Source: Mycolicibacterium smegmatis (GTDB lineage: Bacteria; Actinomycetota; Actinomycetes; Mycobacteriales; Mycobacteriaceae). Taken from it: 32,000 nucleotides of DNA. Of this stretch, positions 1 to 9,039 are shown one piece after another (position 1 is the stretch's first letter; each line of letters starts with the position of its first letter). The notes beneath the pieces were generated by a model that searched no databases, was not told where the DNA came from, and saw nothing but the letters and a program-made list of their open reading frames with translations. The stretch lies in contig NZ_LN831039.1 of assembly GCF_001457595.1 (NCBI RefSeq), positions 3,900,001 to 3,932,000 on the forward strand, read 5' to 3'. The translations under genes were made by a program, and so were the position numbers.

Positions 1-928
1 AACCAGCTATCACGGAGTTTGATTGGCCTTTCACCCCTACCCACAGCTCATCCCCTCAGTCTTCAACCTAAGTGGGTTCGGGCCTCCACGCGGTCTTACC
101 CGCGCTTCACCCTGGCCATGGGTAGATCACTCCGCTTCGGGTCCAGAACACACCACTACACCACACACTCTTGTGTGGATACGCCCTATTCAGACTCGCT
201 TTCGCTGCGGCTACCCCACCCGGGTTAACCTCGCGACATGTCCCTGACTCGCAGGCTCATTCTTCAAAAGGCACGCCATCACCCCACGACACGTCGAGGG
301 CTCTGACGGATTGTAAGCGCACGGTTTCAGGTACTCTTTCACTCCCCTCCCGGGGTACTTTTCACCATTCCCTCACGGTACTAATCCGCTATCGGTCACT
401 GGGAAGTATTCAGGCTTACCGGGTGGTCCCGGCAGATTCACAGCAGATTCCACGGGCCCGCTGCTACTCGGGAACACCATCAAGACAGACGTCGGGTTTT
501 CACGTACCGGGCTCTCACCGTCTACGGCAGGCCATCCCAAGCCATTTCCGCTAACCACAACATTTTCTCACTGCCCTCCAGCCAGGTAGAGCCGGAAAGA
601 TAGGTCCCACAACCCCGCACACACAACCCCTACCCGGTATCACATGCATACGGTTTAGCCATCCTCCGCTTTCGCTCGCCACTACTCACGGAATCACATT
701 TTGTTTTCTCTTCCTACGGGTACTGAGATGTTTCACTTCCCCGCGTTCCCCCCAGACGCCTATATATTCAGCGCCTGGTGACACGACATCACTCGTGCCG
801 GGTTTCCCCATTCGGACATCCTCGGATCAACGCTCGGTTGACAGCTCCCCGAGGCTTATCGCAGCCTCCTACGTCCTTCATCGGCTCCCAGTGCCAAGGC
901 ATCCACCATGCGCCCTTAAACACTTACA
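1..928 (-). rRNA. rrl: 23S rRNA, 5' portion (continues beyond window start)
   Basis: The reverse complement of about 840-928 reads the conserved actinobacterial 23S 5' end (GTTTAAGGGCGCATGGTGGATGCCTTGGCACTGGGAGCCGATGAAGGACGTAGGAGGCTGCGATAAGCC...). ORFs here are short and rich in P, R, S, T and H, typical of translated structural RNA. The 5' boundary is approximate (about +/-10 nt). Confidence 0.9.
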
Positions 929-2820
<1,892 letters not shown>

Positions 2821-3112
2821 ACAACCCATCCAAAGACAGGTGAATTCACAATCAGAGAAAATCTGACCTAACAAAAAGACACCAAAACTGGCATCAAAAA
2901 CATCCACCCCTAAACGGGAAAAAGAGGCGGACAAAAAACAACAAACAAAAACCACCAAACACACTATTGAGTTCTCAAACAACACGCCCGACTTTGCCGC
3001 GCAAGAATCCGGCGGCTAAAAGCCGCTGCATTCTCTAGTGGCAGCGAGGATCCCCCACCTTAGTGGGAGTCTCTCTCGGACTTTGTCTTCGCTTCCCGGC
3101 TGGGCCGTGTCG

Positions 3113-3170
3113 CTCTGACCTGGAATAAGTTACGTCCTTGGAAACTGGGAGTCAAATCCCCAGGTCAGAG
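3113..3170 (-). promoter_or_regulatory. rrn promoter: -35 TTGACT (3155..3150), 17-nt spacer, -10 TAACTT (3132..3127), enclosed by an 11-bp inverted repeat
   Basis: The minus strand reads TAG(tyrS stop)CCCTCTGACCTGGGGATTTGACTCCCAGTTTCCAAGGACGTAACTTATTCCAGGTCAGAGCG. The -35 is near-consensus and the -10 fits TANNNT. Downstream, the leader (2821-3110) contains the conserved mycobacterial motif GAGAACTCAATAGTGTGTTTGGTGG (rc of about 2950-2985). Confidence 0.6.
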
Positions 3171-3172
3171 GG

Positions 3173-4495
3173 CTATTTTCCCTGGTCAGACGCGGTCACC
3201 CGGCGCACCCCCGCAATGTGGCGCTTGCCACGCCGCAACACCAGCCAGCCCTCATGCAGGAAATCGGATTCTTGTGGTACCCACTCGTCGCTTTCGACGC
3301 GCGCGTTGTTCACATAAACGCCGCCCTCGGCGACCGTCCGACGCGCCGCTCCCTTGCTGTTCGACAGCCCGGTCGCCACCAGAAGGTCGACGATCGAGTC
3401 CGGCCCGCCAGGAGCCAGCTCGGCGACCTGGCCGTTGCCGGCCTCGCGCAACGCCGCCGACAACGTCGATTCGTCGAGGTCGGCGAGCTCGCCGCGGCCG
3501 AACAGTGCCCGACTGGCGTACTCGACCGATTTCGTCGCGCCTTCCCCGTGCACCAGAGTCGTCAGTTCACGGGCCAGACGACGCTGAGCAGCGCGTTCGT
3601 GCGGCCGGTTCTCGGTCGCGTCGGCGAGTTCAGCCAGCTCGTCGGGCGTCAGGAAGGTGAACCAGCGCAGGTAACCCAGGACGTCGGCGTCGGCCGTGTT
3701 GACGAAGTACTGGTACCAGGCATACGGGCTGGTCATCTCCGGATCCAGCCAGAGATTGCCACCACCGGTCGATTTGCCGAACTTCTTGCCCTCGGAGTCG
3801 GTGACCAGCGGCGTCGTCATCGCGTGAACCGTCGCGCCGATCTTCTGACGCACCAGCCGCACGCCGGCGACGATGTTGCCCCACTGGTCGGATCCGCCGA
3901 CCTGCAATGCGCAACCGTGCCGTTGGTGCAGTTCGACGTAGTCGTTGGCCTGCAACAGCATGTAGCTGAACTCGGTGTAGGAGATGCCGTCACCCTCCAG
4001 GCGGCGGCGCACGGTCTCGCGGTCGAGCATGACGTTGACCGAGAAGTACTTGCCGATGTCACGCAGGAAGCTGATCGCCGAGAGCTCCCCGGTCCAGGTC
4101 AGGTTGTTCTCGACGATGGCGCCGGTCGGCGAGCCGTCGAACTCCACGAACCGTTCGAGCTGGCCGCGGATCCGGTCCGCCCAGTCGGCCACGGTGTCCT
4201 CGGTGTTCATCGTGCGCTCGCCGGTGTCCCGGGGATCACCGATCATCCCGGTCGCGCCGCCGGCCAGCACGATGGGCCGATGGCCGGCCTGCTGGAAACG
4301 GCGCAGCGTGAGCAGCGGAACCAGATGCCCCGCGTGCAGGCTCGGAGCGGTCGGATCGAACCCGGAATAGACGGTCATCGGCCCCTTGGCGAGGTCGCTC
4401 GCCAAGGCCTCACGGTCCGTCGACTGTGCGATCAGCCCGCGCCAGTCCAACTCATCGAGGATTCCGGTTGCGCTTGAAGTCACGGGAACGATCAT
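3173..4495 (-). CDS. tyrS: Tyrosyl-tRNA synthetase
   Basis: The translation has the class I motifs ([14 protein letters not shown] = HIGH region, KFGKSTG = KMSKS-like) and a C-terminal S4-like domain. It aligns along its length with my memory of Mtb TyrS ([15 protein letters not shown]...). The start could instead be GTG 4483. The ATG at 4495 lies 6 nt after the mpg stop. Confidence 0.95.
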   Translation of the reverse strand: MIVPVTSSATGILDELDWRGLIAQSTDREALASDLAKGPMTVYSGFDPTAPSLHAGHLVPLLTLRRFQQAGHRPIVLAGGATGMIGDPRDTGERTMNTEDTVADWADRIRGQLERFVEFDGSPTGAIVENNLTWTGELSAISFLRDIGKYFSVNVMLDRETVRRRLEGDGISYTEFSYMLLQANDYVELHQRHGCALQVGGSDQWGNIVAGVRLVRQKIGATVHAMTTPLVTDSEGKKFGKSTGGGNLWLDPEMTSPYAWYQYFVNTADADVLGYLRWFTFLTPDELAELADATENRPHERAAQRRLARELTTLVHGEGATKSVEYASRALFGRGELADLDESTLSAALREAGNGQVAELAPGGPDSIVDLLVATGLSNSKGAARRTVAEGGVYVNNARVESDEWVPQESDFLHEGWLVLRRGKRHIAGVRRVTASDQGK

Positions 4496-4501
4496 CCCGC
4501 A

Positions 4502-5125
4502 TCAGTCACTGCTGCCGGGCGCCGGTGCTCGCGGGCTGCGCCGGTAAGCCGACACCTCGGGCGTCGACGCGAGCCAGAAACGCCACGGACGATCGGCCGC
4601 CTGGCTGACCCCGACGCGGGGGCCTTCGAGAACGTCGGCCGACCCCGGAGCGCGTCCGTCAAGACTCAACCGGACCGGGCTCGCGTCGTCGAAGAGGTCG
4701 ATTCCGTTGTCTTCCATGACGATTCCGAGAGCAGAGCACAGATTTCCGGGTCCGCGGGCCAACCCCTTGGGCGGCACCTGCGGGCCGCGTCGACGCTGTG
4801 CACTGTCGACTCCGTCCGTCACGACCGCTGCGCGCAGCAGTACGGCGCCGGCCACCCCGTCGTATCCACACACGACATTGGCGCATACGTGGATGCCGTG
4901 ACTGCGGTAGGTGTACAGGTGCCCCGGCGGACCGAACATCACCGAGTTCCGCACGCCGGGCCCGCGGAACGAATGCGACGCCGCGTCCGGCCACGGGCCG
5001 TCCGGCGGTCCGCCGTAGGCCTCGACCTCGACGATCGTGGCGGTGACGTCCCGCCCGACGAGGTGGGCGCCGATCAGCCGACGTGCCGCGGCGATCGGAT
5101 CACCGGTCAGCAGGTCGACGCTCAT
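4502..5125 (-). CDS. mpg: 3-methyladenine (alkylpurine) DNA glycosylase, AAG/Mpg family
   Basis: 207 aa with typical Mpg-family blocks ([39 protein letters not shown]). High GC3. Same mpg-tyrS order as Mtb Rv1688-Rv1689. Confidence 0.9.
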   Translation of the reverse strand: MSVDLLTGDPIAAARRLIGAHLVGRDVTATIVEVEAYGGPPDGPWPDAASHSFRGPGVRNSVMFGPPGHLYTYRSHGIHVCANVVCGYDGVAGAVLLRAAVVTDGVDSAQRRRGPQVPPKGLARGPGNLCSALGIVMEDNGIDLFDDASPVRLSLDGRAPGSADVLEGPRVGVSQAADRPWRFWLASTPEVSAYRRSPRAPAPGSSD

Positions 5126-5152
5126 CGATGCGATTGTGCCTGTTCCTTTTGT

Positions 5153-5206
5153 GTCAAGTTTTCTTGACGCCGCTCATGTCGTCAAGCTAACTTGACGACA
5201 TGAGCG
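5153..5206. promoter_or_regulatory. Two dyad operators sharing GTCAAG-N4-CTTGAC, overlapping a candidate leaderless promoter (-35 TTGACG 5164-5169, -10 TAACTT 5188-5193, ATG 5200)
   Basis: Palindrome 1 is GTCAAGttttCTTGAC (5153-5168). Palindrome 2 is a perfect 16+4+16 dyad, CGCTCATGTCGTCAAGctaaCTTGACGACATGAGCG (5171-5206), whose right arm contains the ATG of the HTH ORF. Promoter hexamers were read directly, with an 18-nt spacer. The -10 ends 6 nt before the A of the ATG. Confidence 0.5.
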
Positions 5207-5409
5207 ACGAACCGACCACCGATGCCATGGCCAGCGTGGATCCCGCGGTCGGGCTCGATGCGGTGCGCGCACTGCGCCGCCTGCAGGAACGACTCGAGGC
5301 CATCCACGTCGCGAATGCCCGCGCACAGGGCTGGAGCTGGCAGGCCATCGCGGCCGCCCTCGGCGTCAGTCGCCAGGCCGTCCACCAGAAGTACAACCGG
5401 AGGAGTTGA
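5200..5409 (+). CDS. Small (69 aa) helix-turn-helix DNA-binding protein
   Basis: Strong GC3 bias across the ORF. The C-terminal half reads as a classic HTH (GWSWQAIAAALGVSRQAVHQKYNRR) after a helical segment (LDAVRALRRLQERLEAIHVANA). The stop TGA (5407-5409) lies 2 nt before the ATG of the next gene. Confidence 0.75.
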   Translation: MSDEPTTDAMASVDPAVGLDAVRALRRLQERLEAIHVANARAQGWSWQAIAAALGVSRQAVHQKYNRRS

Positions 5410-5411
5410 CG

Positions 5412-5978
5412 ATGTTCGAGCGGTTCAGCCGGCATGCCCGCGTCGCGGTGGTGCTCGCCCAGGAGGAGGCGCGGGAACTGCAATGCGATGAGATCCGGCC
5501 CGAACACCTGCTGGTGGGAGTGCTGCAGAGTGCCGGGCGCGACCTCGGCGCGCTGCTCGCGGGCCACGGACTGACCGCGGAGGCCGTGCGGGCTGGACTC
5601 GGCGCCGTTGCCACCCCGGAGGACGAGACCTTCGAGCGCGACGCCGACGCGCTGCGGTCGATCGGCATCGATCTGCATGCCGTGCGCGACAGTGTGTCGC
5701 GCAGTTTCGGCGCCGATGCATGGGACGGCGCGTTACAGCGCTCCGGACGACGCCGTCGCCGCCGCGGGCATATCCCGTTCACCAAGCCCGCCAAGAAGGC
5801 GCTCGAGCTGGCGCTGCGAGAAGCCCTCGCGCACAAGGACTCTGTCATCGAATCCGAGCATGTGCTGCTCGGGATCCTGCGGGGCGCCGACGACCACACG
5901 CTGTCGCTGATCACCGAGTACGTCGACGTCGCGCGGTTGCGGGCCGACATCGTCGGCCTGCTGGAGTCCGCCGCCTGA
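5412..5978 (+). CDS. Orphan Clp N-terminal (Clp_N/ClpR repeat) domain protein, ClpC1-NTD paralogue without an AAA+ module
   Basis: Starts MFERFSRHARVAVVLAQEEARELQ...PEHLLVGVL. The second repeat is GHIPFTKPAKKALELALREALAHKD...SEHVLLGIL. Both closely mirror the ClpC1 N-domain (MFERFTDRARRVVVLAQEEAR..., GHIPFTPRAKKVLELSLREAL), which I recall from memory. GGAGGAG RBS at 5398-5404. The ORF-track start (TTG 5406) is rejected in favour of ATG 5412, which reproduces the ClpC1 N-terminus. Confidence 0.85.
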   Translation: MFERFSRHARVAVVLAQEEARELQCDEIRPEHLLVGVLQSAGRDLGALLAGHGLTAEAVRAGLGAVATPEDETFERDADALRSIGIDLHAVRDSVSRSFGADAWDGALQRSGRRRRRRGHIPFTKPAKKALELALREALAHKDSVIESEHVLLGILRGADDHTLSLITEYVDVARLRADIVGLLESAA

Positions 5979-5993
5979 GCCAGGCGCCGCCGG

Positions 5994-6012
5994 CGCCGAA
6001 ATGTCTCGGCGC
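5994..6012 (+). terminator. Candidate hairpin terminator after the Clp_N gene
   Basis: GCGCCGA-atgtc-TCGGCGC (7-bp stem, 5-nt loop), 16 nt after the stop, followed by ATCGTCTTCCC (weak T tract). Confidence 0.35.
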
Positions 6013-6018
6013 ATCGTC

Positions 6019-6078
6019 TTCCCACCGGACTACGGCAGGCCTAGAATTCATTGCATGATGACTTCATCGCGCGATGAA
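6019..6078 (+). promoter_or_regulatory. Candidate promoter/operator of the ABC efflux operon: -35-like TTCCCA (6019-6024), -10 TAGAAT (6042-6047), ATG 6055; TTCAT/ATGAA half-sites including a perfect 16-bp palindrome TTCATCGCGCGATGAA (6063-6078)
   Basis: Hexamers were read directly, with a 17-nt spacer. The -10 ends 7 nt before the A of ATG 6055, so the mRNA could be leaderless or nearly so. Palindromes and the inverted AATTCAT (6045-6051) / ATGAATT (6074-6080) pair were read directly. The operon ends with a TetR gene that could bind here. Confidence 0.4.
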
Positions 6079-6819
6079 TTGTCGGGAGCGCCGGCCGAAC
6101 GGGAACCCGCGGTCGACATCGACGGATTGCACGTCGTGCGCGGCGGCAGACCCGTGGTGCGCGACGTGACCGTACGCATCGCGCGCGGCACCATCACCGG
6201 CCTGCTCGGCCCGTCGGGCTGCGGCAAGACGACTCTCATGCGCTGCATCGTCGGCACCCAGATCGTCGCGAAAGGGACGGTCACGGTGCTCGGCCACCCG
6301 GCGGGCTCGGCCCCGCTGCGGCACCGCGTCGGTTACGTGACGCAGAACCCCACGATCTACGACGACCTGCGCGTCATCGACAACGTGCGCTACTTCGCGG
6401 CGCTGTACGGCACCTCCCCCGCAGCGGCCGATCAGGCCGTCGACGCGGTCGGCCTCGGTGACCAGCGCAGCGCATACTGCGGCAATCTCTCGGGAGGCCA
6501 GCGCACACGCGCGTCGCTCGCATGTGCGCTGGTCGCCGAACCCGAACTGCTGGTCCTCGACGAGCCGACCGTCGGACTCGACCCAGTTCTCCGCGTCGAT
6601 CTGTGGCAGCAGTTCAACGACCTGGCCGCGAAAGGCACCACGCTGCTGGTCTCCAGTCACGTCATGGATGAGGCAGATCACTGCGGTGACCTGCTGCTCA
6701 TGCGCGAGGGCCGGCTCCTCGCCCACACCACCCCGGCCCGGCTTCGAGAGGACACCTCATGCAGTTCCCTGGAACAAGCGTTCCTGGCCGTCATCAGGCA
6801 GTACACCGCGGCAGCGTGA
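6055..6819 (+). CDS. ABC transporter ATP-binding protein (ABC-2/DrrA-like; Rv1687c-like)
   Basis: Walker A GPSGCGKTT, signature LSGGQRTR, Walker B LLVLDEPT, H-loop SSHVMDEA. Start chosen at ATG 6055 (254 aa). The upstream part of the 6001 ORF has poor coding character. The start is uncertain. Confidence 0.85.
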   Translation: MMTSSRDELSGAPAEREPAVDIDGLHVVRGGRPVVRDVTVRIARGTITGLLGPSGCGKTTLMRCIVGTQIVAKGTVTVLGHPAGSAPLRHRVGYVTQNPTIYDDLRVIDNVRYFAALYGTSPAAADQAVDAVGLGDQRSAYCGNLSGGQRTRASLACALVAEPELLVLDEPTVGLDPVLRVDLWQQFNDLAAKGTTLLVSSHVMDEADHCGDLLLMREGRLLAHTTPARLREDTSCSSLEQAFLAVIRQYTAAA

Positions 6820-7586
6820 GTGTTCGGCGGCCGGGTTCGCGCGCGTACCTCGCCACCACCACCCGGATCCTGCGGCAACTCGCCGGCGACCACCGCAGCG
6901 TCGCGATGATCCTGCTGGTGCCGAGCCTGATCATCACGCTGATCTATTTCATGTTCGACGACGTCCCGCAGCGCCCCGGCGCACCGTCGCCGTTCGACAC
7001 CGCGTGCCTGATCATGCTCGGTGTCTTCCCGCTGATCGTGATGTTCCTGATCACGTCGATCACCATGCAACGCGAACGCGTGTCGGGGACGCTCGAACGC
7101 ATTCTGACCACACCGTTGCGACGGTTCGATCTGTTGGCGGCGTACGGCACGGCGTTCTCGCTCGCGGCCGCCGCCCAGGCCACCCTCGCCTGCATCGTCG
7201 CGTTCTGGTTGCTGGGGTTTCACACCGAGGGCAGCCCGCTGCTGGTGGTCGGCATCGCGATCGTCAACGCCGTGCTGGGTGTCGGACTCGGCCTGCTGTG
7301 CAGTGCGTTCGCGCGCACCGAGTTCCAGGCCGTGCAGTTCATGCCGCTGGTCATCGCGCCGCAGCTGCTGTTGTGCGGGATCATCGTGCCGCGCGCCGCG
7401 CTGCCGGAGTGGCTGCAGTGGGTGAGCAACGCGCTGCCCGCCAGTTACGCGTTGGAGGCACTGCAGGAGGTCGGCGCATATCCTGACCTGACTGCCACCG
7501 CGGTACGCGACATCTCTGTGGTGGTGGGGTTCGCCGTGCTGGCGCTGTGTCTGGCGGCGGCGACACTGCGCAGACGGACACCATGA
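6816..7586 (+). CDS. ABC-2 type transporter permease (Rv1686c-like)
   Basis: Six hydrophobic segments and a typical ABC-2 N-terminus (TTRILRQLAGDHRSVAMILLVPSLII). GTG 6816 overlaps the ATPase stop as GTGA, indicating translational coupling. Confidence 0.8.
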   Translation: MSVRRPGSRAYLATTTRILRQLAGDHRSVAMILLVPSLIITLIYFMFDDVPQRPGAPSPFDTACLIMLGVFPLIVMFLITSITMQRERVSGTLERILTTPLRRFDLLAAYGTAFSLAAAAQATLACIVAFWLLGFHTEGSPLLVVGIAIVNAVLGVGLGLLCSAFARTEFQAVQFMPLVIAPQLLLCGIIVPRAALPEWLQWVSNALPASYALEALQEVGAYPDLTATAVRDISVVVGFAVLALCLAAATLRRRTP

Positions 7587-7599
7587 CCCGAGGAACGAG

Positions 7600-8235
7600 T
7601 TGACCGCCACCTCTGACACCGGACGCGCGCGCAAACGCCCCGGCCGACCGCCCGGCGCGTCGGACACCCGCGATCGGATCCTCGCGTCGGCACGAGAGTT
7701 GTTCGCGCGCAACGGCTTCGACAAGACCTCGATCCGTGCGGTCGCGGCGGGTGCCGACGTCGACCCGGCACTGGTCCATCACTACTTCGGCACCAAGACC
7801 CAGCTGTTCGCGGCGGCCATCCACATTCCCATCGACCCGCTGGAGGTCATCGGGCCGCTGCGCGAGGTGCCCGTCGAGCAGATCGGGCACACCCTGCCGA
7901 GGCTGCTGCTGCCGCTGTGGGATTCCGAACTCGGCAAGGGCTTCATCGCCACGTTGCGGTCGATACTGGCCGGCAACGACGTGTCCCTCGTGCGGTCGTT
8001 CCTGCAGGAGGTCATCGTCGGCGAGGTCGGCTCGCGCGTCGACAACCCGGCCGGCAGCGGCCGCATCCGCGTGCAGTACGTGGCATCGCAGCTGGTGGGT
8101 GTCGTGATGGCGCGCTACATCCTCGAACTCGAACCGTTCAAGTCGCTGCCGGTCGAGCAGATCGCCGAGACCATCGGCCCGAACCTGCAGCGTTATCTCA
8201 CCGGCGAGTTACCGGGATTCGGCGCGCTCGATTAG
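7600..8235 (+). CDS. TetR family transcriptional regulator (Rv1685c-like)
   Basis: N-terminal TetR HTH (RDRILASARELFARNGFDKTSIRAVAAGADVDPALVHHYFGTKTQLF). TTG start at 7600 preceded by GAGGAA. Third gene of the ABC operon. Confidence 0.9.
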   Translation: MTATSDTGRARKRPGRPPGASDTRDRILASARELFARNGFDKTSIRAVAAGADVDPALVHHYFGTKTQLFAAAIHIPIDPLEVIGPLREVPVEQIGHTLPRLLLPLWDSELGKGFIATLRSILAGNDVSLVRSFLQEVIVGEVGSRVDNPAGSGRIRVQYVASQLVGVVMARYILELEPFKSLPVEQIAETIGPNLQRYLTGELPGFGALD

Positions 8236-8418
8236 CCGTTGGTGTTCGGCGTCGTCCTCGATCGCGACCGCCTCGTCGACCAGCAACACCGGGATGCCGT
8301 CCTCGATGCGGTAGGCCCGGCGCAGCCGCGGGTTGTACAGCCATTCGTCACCGACCAGTAGGAGCGGACCGCGATCCTGCGGGCAGACCAGGATGCTCAG
8401 CAGTTTTTCGTCGATCAC
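8209..8418 (-). CDS. Trm112-like / UPF0434 small protein (Rv1684-like)
   Basis: 69 aa. LLSILVCPQDRGPL....WLYNP.LRRAYRIEDGIPVLLVDEA is the characteristic Trm112p-like fold signature. Its 3' end overlaps the convergent TetR gene by 27 bp. Confidence 0.8.
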   Translation of the reverse strand: MIDEKLLSILVCPQDRGPLLLVGDEWLYNPRLRRAYRIEDGIPVLLVDEAVAIEDDAEHQRLIERAESR

Positions 8419-8427
8419 ACCGCGACG

Positions 8428-8967
8428 CTATCCGACGGGCAGCGCGATGCCGCCACTCGGCCCGATGAACACTCCGGTGTTGTTCGGGTTGGTCGGGTCG
8501 ACCGGCATGCCGGGAGGCGCCTGGTTGATGCCGGCGGTGACCCCGCCGCTGGTGACCGACGCCTGGTTCTGGGCCTGCAGCTTGCGCTGGTAGGACAGCG
8601 TGCTCTTGAGCGCCTCGACGAGCGGAGTCTGGTTGGGGCGCTTGTCGAGTGCCTCCGCGAGCGCGGTCGCGTTGGAGTTGGACGGACGGTAGCCCTGCTG
8701 GCGCAGTTTCATCACGTCGTGGATCAGGTTGGAGACCTGTCCCCCGCCGCGGCCCGTGGCGTATTCGTTGGCGATCTGGGCCAGCACCTCATCGGGCGAG
8801 ATCTTCGGTACCGGCGCGTCGTTCTCCTTGGTTGACGGCACCGCGTACGCAGTCGGCGCGGCGGCGCCGATCAGAAGTCCAGTAGCCAGTGCGCCGCCCG
8901 CGATGGCTGCGGGGACGGCGCGGCGCCAACCGTAGGGTTTCGTGCTGCCAGTTCGTGCTGCCATCAA
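8428..8967 (-). CDS. Secreted protein of unknown function (signal peptide, possibly Tat-type)
   Basis: N-terminus ...GWRRAVPAAIAGGALATGLLIGAAAPTAYA/VPS has an n-region with RR, an h-region and an AxA cleavage site. GGAGGA RBS upstream. High GC3. No Cys. The Gly/Pro/Asn-rich C-terminus has no family I can name. Confidence 0.75.
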   Translation of the reverse strand: MMAARTGSTKPYGWRRAVPAAIAGGALATGLLIGAAAPTAYAVPSTKENDAPVPKISPDEVLAQIANEYATGRGGGQVSNLIHDVMKLRQQGYRPSNSNATALAEALDKRPNQTPLVEALKSTLSYQRKLQAQNQASVTSGGVTAGINQAPPGMPVDPTNPNNTGVFIGPSGGIALPVG

Positions 8968-9039
8968 TCCTCCAGTCAGTCTGCCGCCAGCGGGAGCCTA
9001 ACAGCGCCCCCGCCGCCGGGCACGGTGGTTCGTGATGCC

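Noticed and set aside
3218-4477. 419-aa + strand ORF and other nested ORFs over tyrS/mpg (3274-5167)
   Set aside because: Antisense or out of frame to tyrS and mpg. Arg/Pro-rich nonsense translations.
4496-4501. T-box or attenuator leaders upstream of tyrS and pheS
   Set aside because: tyrS starts 6 nt after mpg and pheS starts 7 nt after the membrane-protein gene. There is no room for a leader RNA.
5154-5177. Mirror mini-ORF ATGAGCGGCGTCAAGAAAACTTGA (MSGVKKT) on the minus strand
   Set aside because: It exists only because the 36-bp palindrome duplicates the ATGAGCG of the HTH gene start on the other strand. At 7 codons there is no support for translation.
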